Shown one piece after another: positions 20,778-30,793 of a DNA stretch of 64,000 nt. The position numbers and the translations under genes were made by a program. The stretch lies in NCBI GenBank assembly GCA_037310415.1, contig CP147780.1:2176001-2240000 (forward strand). Reading direction: 5' to 3'. This DNA is from Candidatus Atabeyarchaeum deiterrae. Its GTDB lineage: Archaea > Asgardarchaeota > Atabeyarchaeia > Atabeyarchaeales > Atabeyarchaeaceae. The notes under the pieces were generated by a model. That model did not search any database and was not told the origin of the DNA. It saw nothing but the letters and a program-made list of their open reading frames with translations. The stretch's first letter is position 1, and each line of letters begins with the position of its first letter.

Positions 20778-22130
20778 ATGGTTGAAGAAGAAATTCCTAA
20801 GATTGTGACCCCTATTCCAGGTCCTAATGCCAAGAGAATAGTGGATGCAGACACAAAGTACATAGTAAAATCAACAAAAACCGGACCGGTTGTTGCGAAG
20901 CGAGCTTACGGATCAATAGTTGAAGACGTCGACGGCAACAAATTGATCGACTTCACAGTTGGAATCTCGGTCTGCAACATCGGCTACAATCACCCCAAAG
21001 TGACTGAAGCGATCAAGGAGCAGGCCGGAAAACTAGTTCATTATGCAGGACAAGATTGGTACTACGAGGAGCAAGTCACTCTTGCCAAGAAGCTCACCGA
21101 GATAACACCTGGGACGTTCCCGAAGCAAGTCTTCCTCTCAAACTCTGGAACCGAGAGTAATGAGGCTGCAATCAAGCTTTCTAAGTTCCACCAGAAGCGA
21201 CACCAGTTCATCTCTTTCATAGGTGCATTCCATGGCAGATCGATAGGGTCTGTCTCGCTTACTGCTTCCAAACCCAACCACAAGGAAGGTTTCTTCCCAA
21301 TGATGCCCGGAGTAAGCCATGTCCCTTACGCCTACTGCTACAGGTGCGCTTACAAAATGACTTATCCGCAGTGCGGACTATGGTGCGCCAAATACATAGA
21401 GGAAATCCTTTTCCAAACATACCTCCCTCCATCTGAGGTAGCTGCCGTCTTCGCCGAACCGATTCAAGGCGAAGGAGGATACGTGGTCCCACCAAACGAC
21501 TGGTACAAGGAAATCAAACGAATATGCGAGAAGAACGGGATTCTATTCGTCGACGACGAGGTTCAGGCAGGAATGGGTAGAACGGGTAAATGGTTCTGCA
21601 CCGAACATTACGGTGTTGTCCCTGATATATTGACAACTTCTAAGGCAATCGCATCTGGAATACCGCTGGGAGCTACCGTAGTTAGAGCCGATTTAGCTGA
21701 CTGGAAAGAAGGTTCTCACAGTAACACCTTCGGTGGCAACACCCTAGCGTGCGTCGCAGCATTGACAACGATCAAAGTGATTGAAAGCGAGAAACTCCTG
21801 GAAAGAGCAACGAAGATGGGCGAGAAAGCCATGAAGAGACTCAATGAGATGAAAGAGAAATATGAGATCGTGGGCGACGTGAGAGGAAAGGGACTGATGA
21901 TAGGCATAGAATTCGTCAAAGACAAGAAAAGCAAAGAGAAGCTCTTCGAAGCACATGACGATCTTCCACTCATTGCTATAAAGAAAGGACTCGTCCTGCT
22001 TCCTTGCGGTAGGAACGGTATCCGCATAATACCTCCACTTAACGTAGAAGAGAAGATACTTGACAAAGGACTCGAGATCTTCGAAGAATCCATAAAGGAA
22101 CTCGTCAAACAGGTACCCAAGAAGAAATAG
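20778..22130 (+). CDS. Class III PLP aminotransferase (4-aminobutyrate/acetylornithine type)
   Basis: EDVDGN..DF, NSGTESNEAA, AFHGRS, EPIQGEGG, DEVQAGMGRTG, SKAIASG; ATG at 20778 (ORF track starts at 20601). Confidence 0.93.
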   Translation: MVEEEIPKIVTPIPGPNAKRIVDADTKYIVKSTKTGPVVAKRAYGSIVEDVDGNKLIDFTVGISVCNIGYNHPKVTEAIKEQAGKLVHYAGQDWYYEEQVTLAKKLTEITPGTFPKQVFLSNSGTESNEAAIKLSKFHQKRHQFISFIGAFHGRSIGSVSLTASKPNHKEGFFPMMPGVSHVPYAYCYRCAYKMTYPQCGLWCAKYIEEILFQTYLPPSEVAAVFAEPIQGEGGYVVPPNDWYKEIKRICEKNGILFVDDEVQAGMGRTGKWFCTEHYGVVPDILTTSKAIASGIPLGATVVRADLADWKEGSHSNTFGGNTLACVAALTTIKVIESEKLLERATKMGEKAMKRLNEMKEKYEIVGDVRGKGLMIGIEFVKDKKSKEKLFEAHDDLPLIAIKKGLVLLPCGRNGIRIIPPLNVEEKILDKGLEIFEESIKELVKQVPKKK

Positions 22131-22270
22131 GTTTCTTAGAATGGTTAACTGAGAGTCTGAGGAAAACTCGAAATTCGATTCCTACGACTCTCCAATCTTT
22201 CCCACCGCTATCTTTTTTTCTCAGATGAGCGGTTACTTCATTAACTACTAATAGCGGTGAGCATTAGACT

Positions 22271-22972
22271 TTGGCAGAAGTGACCAAGAGGTTATACTGG
22301 GAGAATCCCTATAGAAGGGAATTTGAAGCAAGAGTTGTCGCCCTGGATGGGAATGAAGTCATACTTGATGAAACGTGCTTCTACCCTAGGGGCGGAGGGC
22401 AGGTTAGCGACACCGGGGTAATAGACTCTGTCAGAGTCATTGACGTCGTGGACAACGAAGAAGGAAGGATCTCACACGTACTGGAGAAACCTTTGTCCAA
22501 GATGGTGGGAGACAAAATCCACGCCGAGATAGATTGGGAGAAACGTCACAGAACGATGAGACTGCACTCTGCGTCACACATTCTATACTACGTGATGCAA
22601 GAAGTCTTCGGCGGCGAAGTCAAGCCAGCTTCCTCAGGACTCGTTGACGAAAAGAAGGACAGAACAGATTATCTATTCGAAACATCGCTTGACCAGAAGA
22701 AGCTCAAAGAAACCGAAGGAAAGGTCAATGAAATCATAAGGGCGGCACATGAAATCAAAACCTGGAACGAACCAAGTCAAAACGGAAAGAGAATGTGGAA
22801 GCTCGACCCCTTTCCAGTCATGATGTGCGGCGGAACACACGTGAAAAACACCAAGGAGATAGGTCAAGTGGAAGTCTCAAGAGGAAAGAAACCCGGACGA
22901 GGAAAAGAAAGAATCGAGATAACTTTTGAAGAGCAGACCAACGCGATTACGACTACAGTTGAAAAAACATAA
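22271..22972 (+). CDS. alaX: Alanyl-tRNA editing protein AlaX (AlaX-M type)
   Basis: FYPRGGGQ.SD.G, MRLHSASH (HxxxH), CGGTH (CxxxH). Confidence 0.9.
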   Translation: MAEVTKRLYWENPYRREFEARVVALDGNEVILDETCFYPRGGGQVSDTGVIDSVRVIDVVDNEEGRISHVLEKPLSKMVGDKIHAEIDWEKRHRTMRLHSASHILYYVMQEVFGGEVKPASSGLVDEKKDRTDYLFETSLDQKKLKETEGKVNEIIRAAHEIKTWNEPSQNGKRMWKLDPFPVMMCGGTHVKNTKEIGQVEVSRGKKPGRGKERIEITFEEQTNAITTTVEKT

Positions 22973-22997
22973 ATACAGAATTAGGAGGACTGATTTG

Positions 22998-23519
22998 ATG
23001 ATAATAGAGCAAATACTGAAATCAAAAAGAAGGCAAAAAGAAAAGGTCACTCTACTGGCTGAAAAAGTCCGAAAAGATAAGAAGCTTGTTACTCAACTAG
23101 TTGAGTGCTTTGAAGTTGGTACTGTTGCTGAAAAAGGACACTGTATGGAAGCGATGCAGTATATTTCCAAGGACGAGCCGGAAATAGTATTGCCCCATAT
23201 CGACTTCGTAGTTGATCATTTTGGTGATTCTGGGGCAAGAGTGAAGTGGGAAGTAGCCGAAATAATTCATAATGTCGCACAGAGATACCCTGAGAAAGTC
23301 ACTAAAGCAGTTCCGAAACTCTTGGCGAACATAGACGACAGGAGTACAGTTGCGAGATGGAGTGTAGCTTATGCACTAACTGAAATTGCGAGGAATAGTC
23401 CAAGATTGCAGAAAGAACTGATCCAGAAATTCAAAGAGATTCTTCAGAAAGAAAAGAACCACGGTGTGAGAAACGTCTACATCAAAGCACTGGAATCAAT
23501 GGGAGAGAAAAAGGAGTAG
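22998..23519 (+). CDS. HEAT-repeat protein
   Basis: Repeated helical units (RVKWEVAEII, VARWSVAYALTEIA, GVRNVYIKAL); AGGAGG RBS upstream. Confidence 0.7.
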   Translation: MIIEQILKSKRRQKEKVTLLAEKVRKDKKLVTQLVECFEVGTVAEKGHCMEAMQYISKDEPEIVLPHIDFVVDHFGDSGARVKWEVAEIIHNVAQRYPEKVTKAVPKLLANIDDRSTVARWSVAYALTEIARNSPRLQKELIQKFKEILQKEKNHGVRNVYIKALESMGEKKE

Positions 23520-23558
23520 GAATTGAACAGGATCAAAACTCGTTTTGGAACCTTTGAT

Positions 23559-25007
23559 CTATAGTGGCGGTTTCTTATCTTGCCATGGAAACATCTTCTC
23601 GAAGGCTCTGGATGCCCTAAGAACACTGTCATCGCCATACCGCCTTCCGACTACTTGAAGTCCCACTGGAAGACCTCTCGTTGTGAAGGCAATCGGTACC
23701 GAGGCTGCTGGTTGACCTGTTAGATTGAATGGGAAGGTGAATGCCATCCATCCTACTGGGCTAACTCCCTTGCCGCTTATTTTCGAGGGTATGCCTGCTG
23801 CCTTCGGCATGATGTCAAAGGGAGGAACTGGTGTGACCGGCGTTAGAAGGAAATCATACTTTTCAAAGATCTTGTACACCTTCTTCCAAAGCTCCTCTCT
23901 CCTAAACTGAATGCGAATGATATCTCTAGCTTTCAAGCTCTTCACTAGTTCGATGTAACCTGCGTAGTAGGGATATGCTACTTTCTTCCATTCTTCAAGC
24001 CGCTTCTCGTTTGCCGTAACGGCTTCAGCTGGAACCAGATACATGAAGTCGTTCTCCATGTTTAGCCAATCTGGTTTTATCCCTGTTACCTCGCAACCCA
24101 ACATTTCGAAGTTGAAAGCGGCCTTTCTTGTCAGGTTTTCAACCTCTACATCAACTGGGACGTATCCCAAGTCTGAAGTATAGGCGGCCTTTGTTCCGTC
24201 AATGCCTTTTTCCACATTCTCCAAGTATCGAACTCCTGATGGGGGCAAGGAGAATCTGTCTCTGTCATCTGGTCCGGCCATGATGTCAAGCATTGCAGCT
24301 GCGTCAGATACGTTCCTTGTTATTGGTCCTTCGCAGTTTAGTGTTTCCCATGCTGGGAGTTTCGGATAGCAGGGAACGCGTCCAAAGGAAGGCTTTATGC
24401 CGTACACCCCGCAGAAATTGGATGGTATCCTTATGGATCCTCCTCCATCACTTCCAGAAGCCACTGGTCCGAAGCCTGCTGCGACTGACGCTGCCGCTCC
24501 ACCACTTGATCCGCCAACTGTCTTGGATTTGTCCCAAGGGTTATGCGTAGGCCCAAATATCAAGTTGTCGGTATATGCGACGTCTCCGAATTCTGGAACG
24601 TTTGTCTTGCCGATCATCACTGAGCCCGCTTTCTTCAGTCTATCGACAATGACTGCGTCTTCTTCTGGCACGAAATTCTCATAGAGTTTTGAGCCGAATG
24701 TGGTGCGAACACCTTTGGTGAAGACTAGGTCCTTAATGGTGATCGGAACGCCTTGCAGTGGACTGAGTCTCTTTCCGGCTTTGATGTCCTTTTCAGCTTT
24801 CCGCGCTTCTGCTCTTGCACTTGCTATTGTTGGCGTTACGATCGCATTTAGCTCAGGATTGAACTTTTTTACTCTCTCCAAAACTTCTTCAAGTACCTCT
24901 ACTGGTGACAGCTCTCCACTATCAAAAGCCTTGGATAGCTCCAAAGCGCTCATCCAGAAGATCTCCTTCTTGACCAAGGGAATGCTCCTCCTCCATTGAG
25001 ATTTCAA
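23559..25007 (-). CDS. Amidase signature family protein
   Basis: GVPITIKD, GKTNVPEFG, GGSSGG, GSDGGGSIRIP. Confidence 0.92.
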   Translation of the reverse strand: MKSQWRRSIPLVKKEIFWMSALELSKAFDSGELSPVEVLEEVLERVKKFNPELNAIVTPTIASARAEARKAEKDIKAGKRLSPLQGVPITIKDLVFTKGVRTTFGSKLYENFVPEEDAVIVDRLKKAGSVMIGKTNVPEFGDVAYTDNLIFGPTHNPWDKSKTVGGSSGGAAASVAAGFGPVASGSDGGGSIRIPSNFCGVYGIKPSFGRVPCYPKLPAWETLNCEGPITRNVSDAAAMLDIMAGPDDRDRFSLPPSGVRYLENVEKGIDGTKAAYTSDLGYVPVDVEVENLTRKAAFNFEMLGCEVTGIKPDWLNMENDFMYLVPAEAVTANEKRLEEWKKVAYPYYAGYIELVKSLKARDIIRIQFRREELWKKVYKIFEKYDFLLTPVTPVPPFDIMPKAAGIPSKISGKGVSPVGWMAFTFPFNLTGQPAASVPIAFTTRGLPVGLQVVGRRYGDDSVLRASRAFEKMFPWQDKKPPL

Positions 25008-25203
25008 TTCTGAACTCGTATCATCCCAAGATTATCGAGCCAGTGATCATTATTCTTGGAACGCTGGGGGTCTCATTTGCACCTTATTTGTTAGTAACTA
25101 CCTAATATTCTTAATGCAAAACCTGTAACCCTTCATTCTTCGAAGGAGCATGGTGCCGACTTATCTATTCCTTCAATAGGAGAAATTGGCCTTGAGTTGC
25201 CGT

Positions 25204-26547
25204 TCAGCCTTTTCGTTGTAGAGTGGAGGACAGCTTTCTGTACTTTTCCAGTGTTTCTCTGAGGACTCCGTTTCGTACTGCAATGTCCTTGTAGACCTCT
25301 GCGCTAGGTCGGGGTGAGCGTTTGAGGGTTTTGTAGTCAACCTCAACTAGTCCGAACCTTTTGCTGAATCCTGAGTCCCATTCGAAGTTGTCGATTAGTG
25401 ACCAGTAGTAGTATGCCTGGACATCCGCTCCTTCTTGGATTGCCTTGTGAACTTGCTCGAGGTGTAGCACTATGGACATGGCTCTTAGATTGTCGTCCCT
25501 TACTGCGATTCCATTCTCTGTTATGTAGATGGGTTTGTGGTAGCCTTGTAGCCACTTGATGATTTGGTAGAGTCCTTGAGGGTATATTTCGTAGCCCATA
25601 TCAGTTACGCCAAACGAATCATTCCTAGTGAGTGGCTTGTCTGTCTCCAAGACCTCTCTGGCTCCAGCCTTTACTAGCATACGGCTGTAGTAGTTGAATC
25701 CGATGAAATCCCAGGCATCCTTGATGATCGCGACAGACTCTCCACTGCCCATAGGCGGGTTGACCTTTCCTGTTCTTAGGGCGTCCATGAAGGAGGCATT
25801 GTAGAATTGATGAAGAAAACGTGCTTCATTCTGATCCTTCGTGGACTTCTCATCATAGGCTTGAAAGTACTCAGTGTCCTTGACAGTGCCCACTTTTGGT
25901 GCGCTCTTGGTCCGGTTCTTCCCGAGAGTATCGTGGACAGTATGGTATGCCTCAGCGTGCGCCAGCAGCATATGTCTGAGAACACTTTGATATTTCGTCA
26001 AGTCACTCTCACATGGAGGGAATTTGCCAAGCATGTAGGAGGCAGATGCGTATGCTGTAGGTTCATTAATGGGCGTCCACAGATTGACCAAGTCACCCAG
26101 CTGTTCAGCAAGATATGAGGCGTAGTGTCTGAAGAACTCAATCGAGGACTGGTCAACCCAGCCACCCCTGGATTCCATCCAAAGAGGGTTCGTGAAATGG
26201 TGCAGCGTGAGCAGAGGCTCCAATCCTCGTTTTCTCACAGCTCTCAAAACGTTGCGGTAGTGTTCAACTTCCTTTGGATTCCACTGGCCTCGCTGGGGTT
26301 CAATCCGAGCCCATTCCACTGAGAACCGAAAAGTGTTGTGCCCGAACTCTCTTGCGAGGTCAAGATCTTTTTCATAAAGATGGTAGAAGTCGGCTGCTCT
26401 CCCACAGACTGACCCGTCTTTTATGTGTCCACCCTCCGACTCCCATTTGTACCATTGGTTATTTTTATTGGCTCCTTCCGTCTGATATGCTGAAATCGCC
26501 GATCCCCATAAGAAGCCCGTGGGGAATCCTATGACTGGTTCTTCCAT
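25204..26547 (-). CDS. Glycoside hydrolase family 1 (beta-glucosidase/galactosidase); start uncertain
   Basis: FLWGSAISAYQTEG, RFSVEWARI, TLHHF, INEP acid/base, ITENG nucleophile, DNFEW. Confidence 0.95.
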   Translation of the reverse strand: MEEPVIGFPTGFLWGSAISAYQTEGANKNNQWYKWESEGGHIKDGSVCGRAADFYHLYEKDLDLAREFGHNTFRFSVEWARIEPQRGQWNPKEVEHYRNVLRAVRKRGLEPLLTLHHFTNPLWMESRGGWVDQSSIEFFRHYASYLAEQLGDLVNLWTPINEPTAYASASYMLGKFPPCESDLTKYQSVLRHMLLAHAEAYHTVHDTLGKNRTKSAPKVGTVKDTEYFQAYDEKSTKDQNEARFLHQFYNASFMDALRTGKVNPPMGSGESVAIIKDAWDFIGFNYYSRMLVKAGAREVLETDKPLTRNDSFGVTDMGYEIYPQGLYQIIKWLQGYHKPIYITENGIAVRDDNLRAMSIVLHLEQVHKAIQEGADVQAYYYWSLIDNFEWDSGFSKRFGLVEVDYKTLKRSPRPSAEVYKDIAVRNGVLRETLEKYRKLSSTLQRKG

Positions 26548-26715
26548 GGACCGAGTAGGCAAAAGGCTGTGTACACCTCCTATCTCGAGAATGGCTTCAG
26601 AGAGAAAACACGAAATGTTAATGTCTTTGGTAATTGCTCTTAGATTGTGAAGACTTGAGCAGTCAAGCATTATAATCTTTGCCGTCAATCAGCAAAATGG
26701 CGGGTGTTATGAATC

Positions 26716-27723
26716 GTGCATGATTGGAAGTCTTTCTCGAAAGCGGATCCAACATACTGGTTGTTAGAAGATAATAACCCCTCAGTACGTTACTTCACTC
26801 TGACAGACTTGTTAGAAAGAACCAAGAATAACAACGAGGTCATGGAAGCGAGAACGAAAATCATGGAGACTGGCCCTGTCCCCAAAATACTGGCAAGCCA
26901 GAAAAGCGGAGGATATTGGGGAAAACCTGAGGACTTCTATATACGATCAAAATACAAGGGAACAGTCTGGAACCTAATACTTTTGGCAGAACTCGGGGCA
27001 GACGAGAACGATGCAAGAATCAAGAACACTTGTGAGTTCCTTCTCAGGAACTCTCAGGATCGCAAGAGTGGAGGTTTCTCTTATGTAAAAGCAAAAGGTG
27101 GAGGCGGGTTGCATACTGGAGTGATACCTTGTCTGACTGGAAACATGATCTGGAGCATGATCAGATTCGGCTGCCTTGACGACCCTCGCATTAGACGTGG
27201 AATAGACTGGATCACCAAGTTCCAAAGGTTTGACGACAGTGTCGAAGTGTCTCCTCGCGGTTGGCCTTATGATAAGAGGGAGAAATGTTGGGGAACGCAC
27301 ACATGCCACATGGGTGTCGTGAAAGCACTCAAGGCACTTGCAGAGATTCCTGCCGAGCATAGATCCGAACAAGTGAGAAGCACGATTGAAACCGGTGTAG
27401 AGTACCTACTCAAACACCATATTTACAAAAGGAGTCACAATCTCACTCAAGTTTCCAAGCCTCGATGGCTGAAGTTTGGCTTCCCCTTGATGTGGAACAC
27501 TGACGCGTTAGAGATTCTGGGAATACTAGCAGGCTTAGGCTGCAAAGATGAACGAATGCAAGAGGCGATTGAATTAGTCACCTCGAAACAGGACGATCAA
27601 GGCAGATGGAAATTAGATGATGCTTTCGGAGGTCGCTATCTATTCAAGATGGAGCAAATTGGAGAACCGAGCAAGTGGATTACGTTGAATGCTCTCAAAG
27701 CAATCAAGAGCTACTTTGGATAG
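26716..27723 (+). CDS. Prenyltransferase/squalene-cyclase repeat ((alpha/alpha) barrel) protein of unknown function
   Basis: WLLE..PSVRY, Q..GGYW, Q.R.SGGFS, PCLTGN, KQDDQGRW (QW-like repeats), PSKWITL. Confidence 0.7.
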   Translation: MHDWKSFSKADPTYWLLEDNNPSVRYFTLTDLLERTKNNNEVMEARTKIMETGPVPKILASQKSGGYWGKPEDFYIRSKYKGTVWNLILLAELGADENDARIKNTCEFLLRNSQDRKSGGFSYVKAKGGGGLHTGVIPCLTGNMIWSMIRFGCLDDPRIRRGIDWITKFQRFDDSVEVSPRGWPYDKREKCWGTHTCHMGVVKALKALAEIPAEHRSEQVRSTIETGVEYLLKHHIYKRSHNLTQVSKPRWLKFGFPLMWNTDALEILGILAGLGCKDERMQEAIELVTSKQDDQGRWKLDDAFGGRYLFKMEQIGEPSKWITLNALKAIKSYFG

Positions 27724-27836
27724 AGATGCTCCACGTCTACTCCATTCATCCGTTATGAACTCCTTCCGAGAGTTTTATATTTCAGTGTTGGCATTACAAT
27801 TCAAGTTTCGTTCTCAACCTACCCAGTAGCATTTGA

Positions 27837-29411
27837 TTGTGGTCGTGGTCTGGGTCTGAAATTCGACATGCTACTCACTCGGAGGAATTGTTTTTGGAAC
27901 ATTTGCCAAGTCTCACTGATGAGAGAAAGAGGAAACACGATGACATGTTGAAGAAAGGTCTAAAGATACCCTACTCCTTTAATGTTTCAACAGACATTAA
28001 CAGCATCATCAGCTCATATAGCAGCTTGGCTAATGGCGCTGAGACTGACAGGGTCATTTCCATAGCTGGAATGGTCTCTGCACTCAGAGTCCATGGAAGA
28101 CTCACCTTCGTGGACGTCAGAGACATAACCGGTAAGATACAGATCAATTTTAGGGTTAACGAGCTTGGTGAGGAAGGATATAACACGGTCCAACTTTTCG
28201 ATACTGGTGACTTCATTGGAGTAAATGGACATGTCATGAAAACTCATAAAGGGGAGCTGTCAGTTCTGGCCCATGATTACACCTTGCTTGCAAAATGTCT
28301 GATGCCCCTACCAGGTCCTAGAGACGAGCTAACCATAGAGAAGAGGTACAGGCAGCGGTATCTGGACTTGAAACTCTACCCGGAAGTTAGGCAGAGATTG
28401 ATAACTCGTGGAAGAATAATCACAGCTATGAGAAGTTTCCTTGATTCTCGAGGTTTCACCGAGGTTGAGACACCTGTTCTTCAACCGGTATATGGTGGAG
28501 CGGCAGCGATGCCTTTCATGACGCATTGCAATGCGCTTGACCAAGACATGTACTTGAGCATCTCGCCGGAGTTGTACTTGAAACGATTCATCGTCGGTGG
28601 CATGGAGAAGGTTTACACGATCTGCAAGAACTTTAGAAATGAGGATATTGATGTGATCCATAATCCTGAGTTCACTGAGATGGAGTGCTACCAAGCATAT
28701 GCAGATTACAATGGTATGATGGAGTTAACTGAGCGAATGATAGCTCATATTGCCGAGAAATCGCTTGGAAAAACCAAGGTGGATTATCAAGGCACTGAGA
28801 TAGAGTTGTCGCCCCCTTGGACAAGAATGACGATGGAAGAATCCGTCGAGAAAATAGGCAAGAAAGATGTTCCGGAAGATGCGCAGAGGTTGTCCAAGTT
28901 GGTAGAGACAATTAAATCTGACCATGCACATGGCAGAATTACACTCAAGAAACCAAAGAATTTCACGATACTAGATACCAATCGCGGACTGAATAGGCCC
29001 AACATAATAAACGCATTGTTCGAAGAGTTCGTAGAATCGAAGCTCATTCAACCCACGTTCATTATGGACTACCCTGTTGATGTTTCGCCTCTCACGAGAA
29101 AACACAGAAGCAAGAAGGGATGGGTTGAGAGATTCGAGGGATTCATAGCTGGAATGGAGATCGCGAATGCTTACTCCGAACTCAACGACCCGTTCGACCA
29201 GAGAAGCAGGTTCCTTCAACAAGTTGAAGAGCGAAAGAAGGGAGACGAGGAAGCTAACCCAATGGACGAGGACTTCGTAATTTCGCTAATGTACGGGTTC
29301 CCACCAACAGGGGGGCTCGGAGTAGGACTCGACAGACTAATCATGGTCATGACTGATGCCACATCGATCAAAGATGTCATAATGTTCCCACTGATGAAAC
29401 AACTTGAGTGA
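27837..29411 (+). CDS. lysS: Lysyl-tRNA synthetase, class II; start probably TTG 27888/27894
   Basis: OB-fold, RYRQRYLDL, EVETPVLQ..GGAAA.PF, SPELYLKR, FRNE..D..HNPEFT, EIANAYSELNDP, PPTGGLGVGLDRL. Confidence 0.96.
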   Translation: MWSWSGSEIRHATHSEELFLEHLPSLTDERKRKHDDMLKKGLKIPYSFNVSTDINSIISSYSSLANGAETDRVISIAGMVSALRVHGRLTFVDVRDITGKIQINFRVNELGEEGYNTVQLFDTGDFIGVNGHVMKTHKGELSVLAHDYTLLAKCLMPLPGPRDELTIEKRYRQRYLDLKLYPEVRQRLITRGRIITAMRSFLDSRGFTEVETPVLQPVYGGAAAMPFMTHCNALDQDMYLSISPELYLKRFIVGGMEKVYTICKNFRNEDIDVIHNPEFTEMECYQAYADYNGMMELTERMIAHIAEKSLGKTKVDYQGTEIELSPPWTRMTMEESVEKIGKKDVPEDAQRLSKLVETIKSDHAHGRITLKKPKNFTILDTNRGLNRPNIINALFEEFVESKLIQPTFIMDYPVDVSPLTRKHRSKKGWVERFEGFIAGMEIANAYSELNDPFDQRSRFLQQVEERKKGDEEANPMDEDFVISLMYGFPPTGGLGVGLDRLIMVMTDATSIKDVIMFPLMKQLE

Positions 29412-29593
29412 AGATTGAAAGATTCATTCCTCCAATCATCGCAAAAAAGTAAAAGTATTCCGATCGGCTAGCATAAGCAGAGACCAGAGCATAGAGTTCA
29501 ATCTGGCTTTCCGTTCTTATCCCAAGGCACTTCCACAAACACGGACTGCAAACCGAAAGAAACCGGACCCAAAGATCATTGCGGTAATGGTTT

Positions 29594-30709
29594 ATGTATG
29601 ACAACGTGAGAGTCACTGGCCTAGTGCTTAGGAAGCAGCACCTCGTCCCACTTACTTTTGGCAGCAGACAAAGTGATGTTTTACATATCGCGGATGATGT
29701 CTGCGGCCTCCAATGGGATGATGTGGAAAGAGAGAATCCAGATTGGGCTCTGAGAAACAGGTTCACAGATTACAAAGCCGATTGGCTGGAGAGTAGTATC
29801 AGAGATCGGACGGTTATCGAGTTCAGACTGATGCGCGGTTGTCAGTACCTCGTGCCTTCACGCGAACTGCCCTACTATTACGCCGCAACACGAGAGGTCG
29901 TCAAGAAAACACAGTATGGGAACCTGAAATCAAAACTCTCAAACCAGATCGGCGAAAAGGAGCAGAAAGTTCTTGGTGCTCTGAGACGACATGCTCCTGC
30001 GACTCAAAGTGAACTCATCCGAAGATCAAAAGTCGCTAAGAATGAGTTTCGGGGAGCGTTGCTCAACTTAGACAATCTAGGGTATGTTTTCCGAGTTGGG
30101 TGGAAAGGCAATCAGAACTTATGGCACTCAGCAGAGGAGTGGCTTCCAGAAGTTGACCTGAGAAAGGTGACAAGGGAGGAAGGAGAAGAGTACCTGACAG
30201 TGAAGTTCTTCAAAGCAGCGGGTCCGTCTACGAGACAATGTCTAAGCCAATGGACAGGATGGAGTATCGAAACAGCAAACATGAATCTTGACAGGCTCAT
30301 AAAGAAAGGGACGCTGGTTAAGTTGAACCCGACTCGTCCTGAAAGCCTGATTGCACTGCCAAGGGATATCGATGAACTAGGCAGCTATGCCGACAGAGAC
30401 TCCACCGTTCGATTCCTTTCTCCATTTGATCCCTATCTTTGCATGAGAGGGCACCTACTTTGGTTAGGCGATTTCTATCCAACAAGCGTGGGGATCTATT
30501 CTATGTCAATCGGAGGAATCGTGGCTGCCGCGTTTCGGGTTGTAAGAAGTAAGAAACTATTGTCGATAGCAGGTTCTGAGGTATTTCAGAAGTCTTTGCT
30601 CTCCTCGCGTTCTGCCGAGGTAAGGAGGGAGATAGAGATGCAAGCAACCTCTACCAATAGAAGGGCAAAGCTCTCACCCAAAGTAAGAGCATTGCTGCAG
30701 ACGATCTGA
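29594..30709 (+). CDS. AlkZ/YcaQ-like winged-helix DNA glycosylase (crosslink repair family)
   Basis: GLQWD (QxD), MRG..YLV, GPST...WTG, VRFLSPFDP. Confidence 0.7.
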   Translation: MYDNVRVTGLVLRKQHLVPLTFGSRQSDVLHIADDVCGLQWDDVERENPDWALRNRFTDYKADWLESSIRDRTVIEFRLMRGCQYLVPSRELPYYYAATREVVKKTQYGNLKSKLSNQIGEKEQKVLGALRRHAPATQSELIRRSKVAKNEFRGALLNLDNLGYVFRVGWKGNQNLWHSAEEWLPEVDLRKVTREEGEEYLTVKFFKAAGPSTRQCLSQWTGWSIETANMNLDRLIKKGTLVKLNPTRPESLIALPRDIDELGSYADRDSTVRFLSPFDPYLCMRGHLLWLGDFYPTSVGIYSMSIGGIVAAAFRVVRSKKLLSIAGSEVFQKSLLSSRSAEVRREIEMQATSTNRRAKLSPKVRALLQTI

Positions 30710-30793
30710 AGACATGTAAATTAAGGGTTGGTGCTCGCATCACTTATTGAAAGAGGCAGGACGCCGAATCCTCAGAAGGCACTTCAATGCAGG

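Noticed and set aside
23559-25007. Amidase as gatA
   Set aside because: Has SDGGGSIRIP and lacks GatA-type SDTGGSIRQPA/YGxVSRYG signatures; no gatB/gatC adjacent.
28910-28946. Possible in-frame 27-nt BHB-like intron in lysS (hairpin TCTG-A-CCATG-CA-CATGG-CAGA)
   Set aside because: The central helix would be AU-only (AAUU/AAUU), one bulge would be 4 nt, the exon-side stem does not pair, and the ORF is open without splicing.
13315-30709. DNA-repair island (radical SAM-HhH, UDG-like, HEAT, AlkZ-like)
   Set aside because: The genes are separated by many unrelated metabolic genes and differ in orientation; no evidence for one system.
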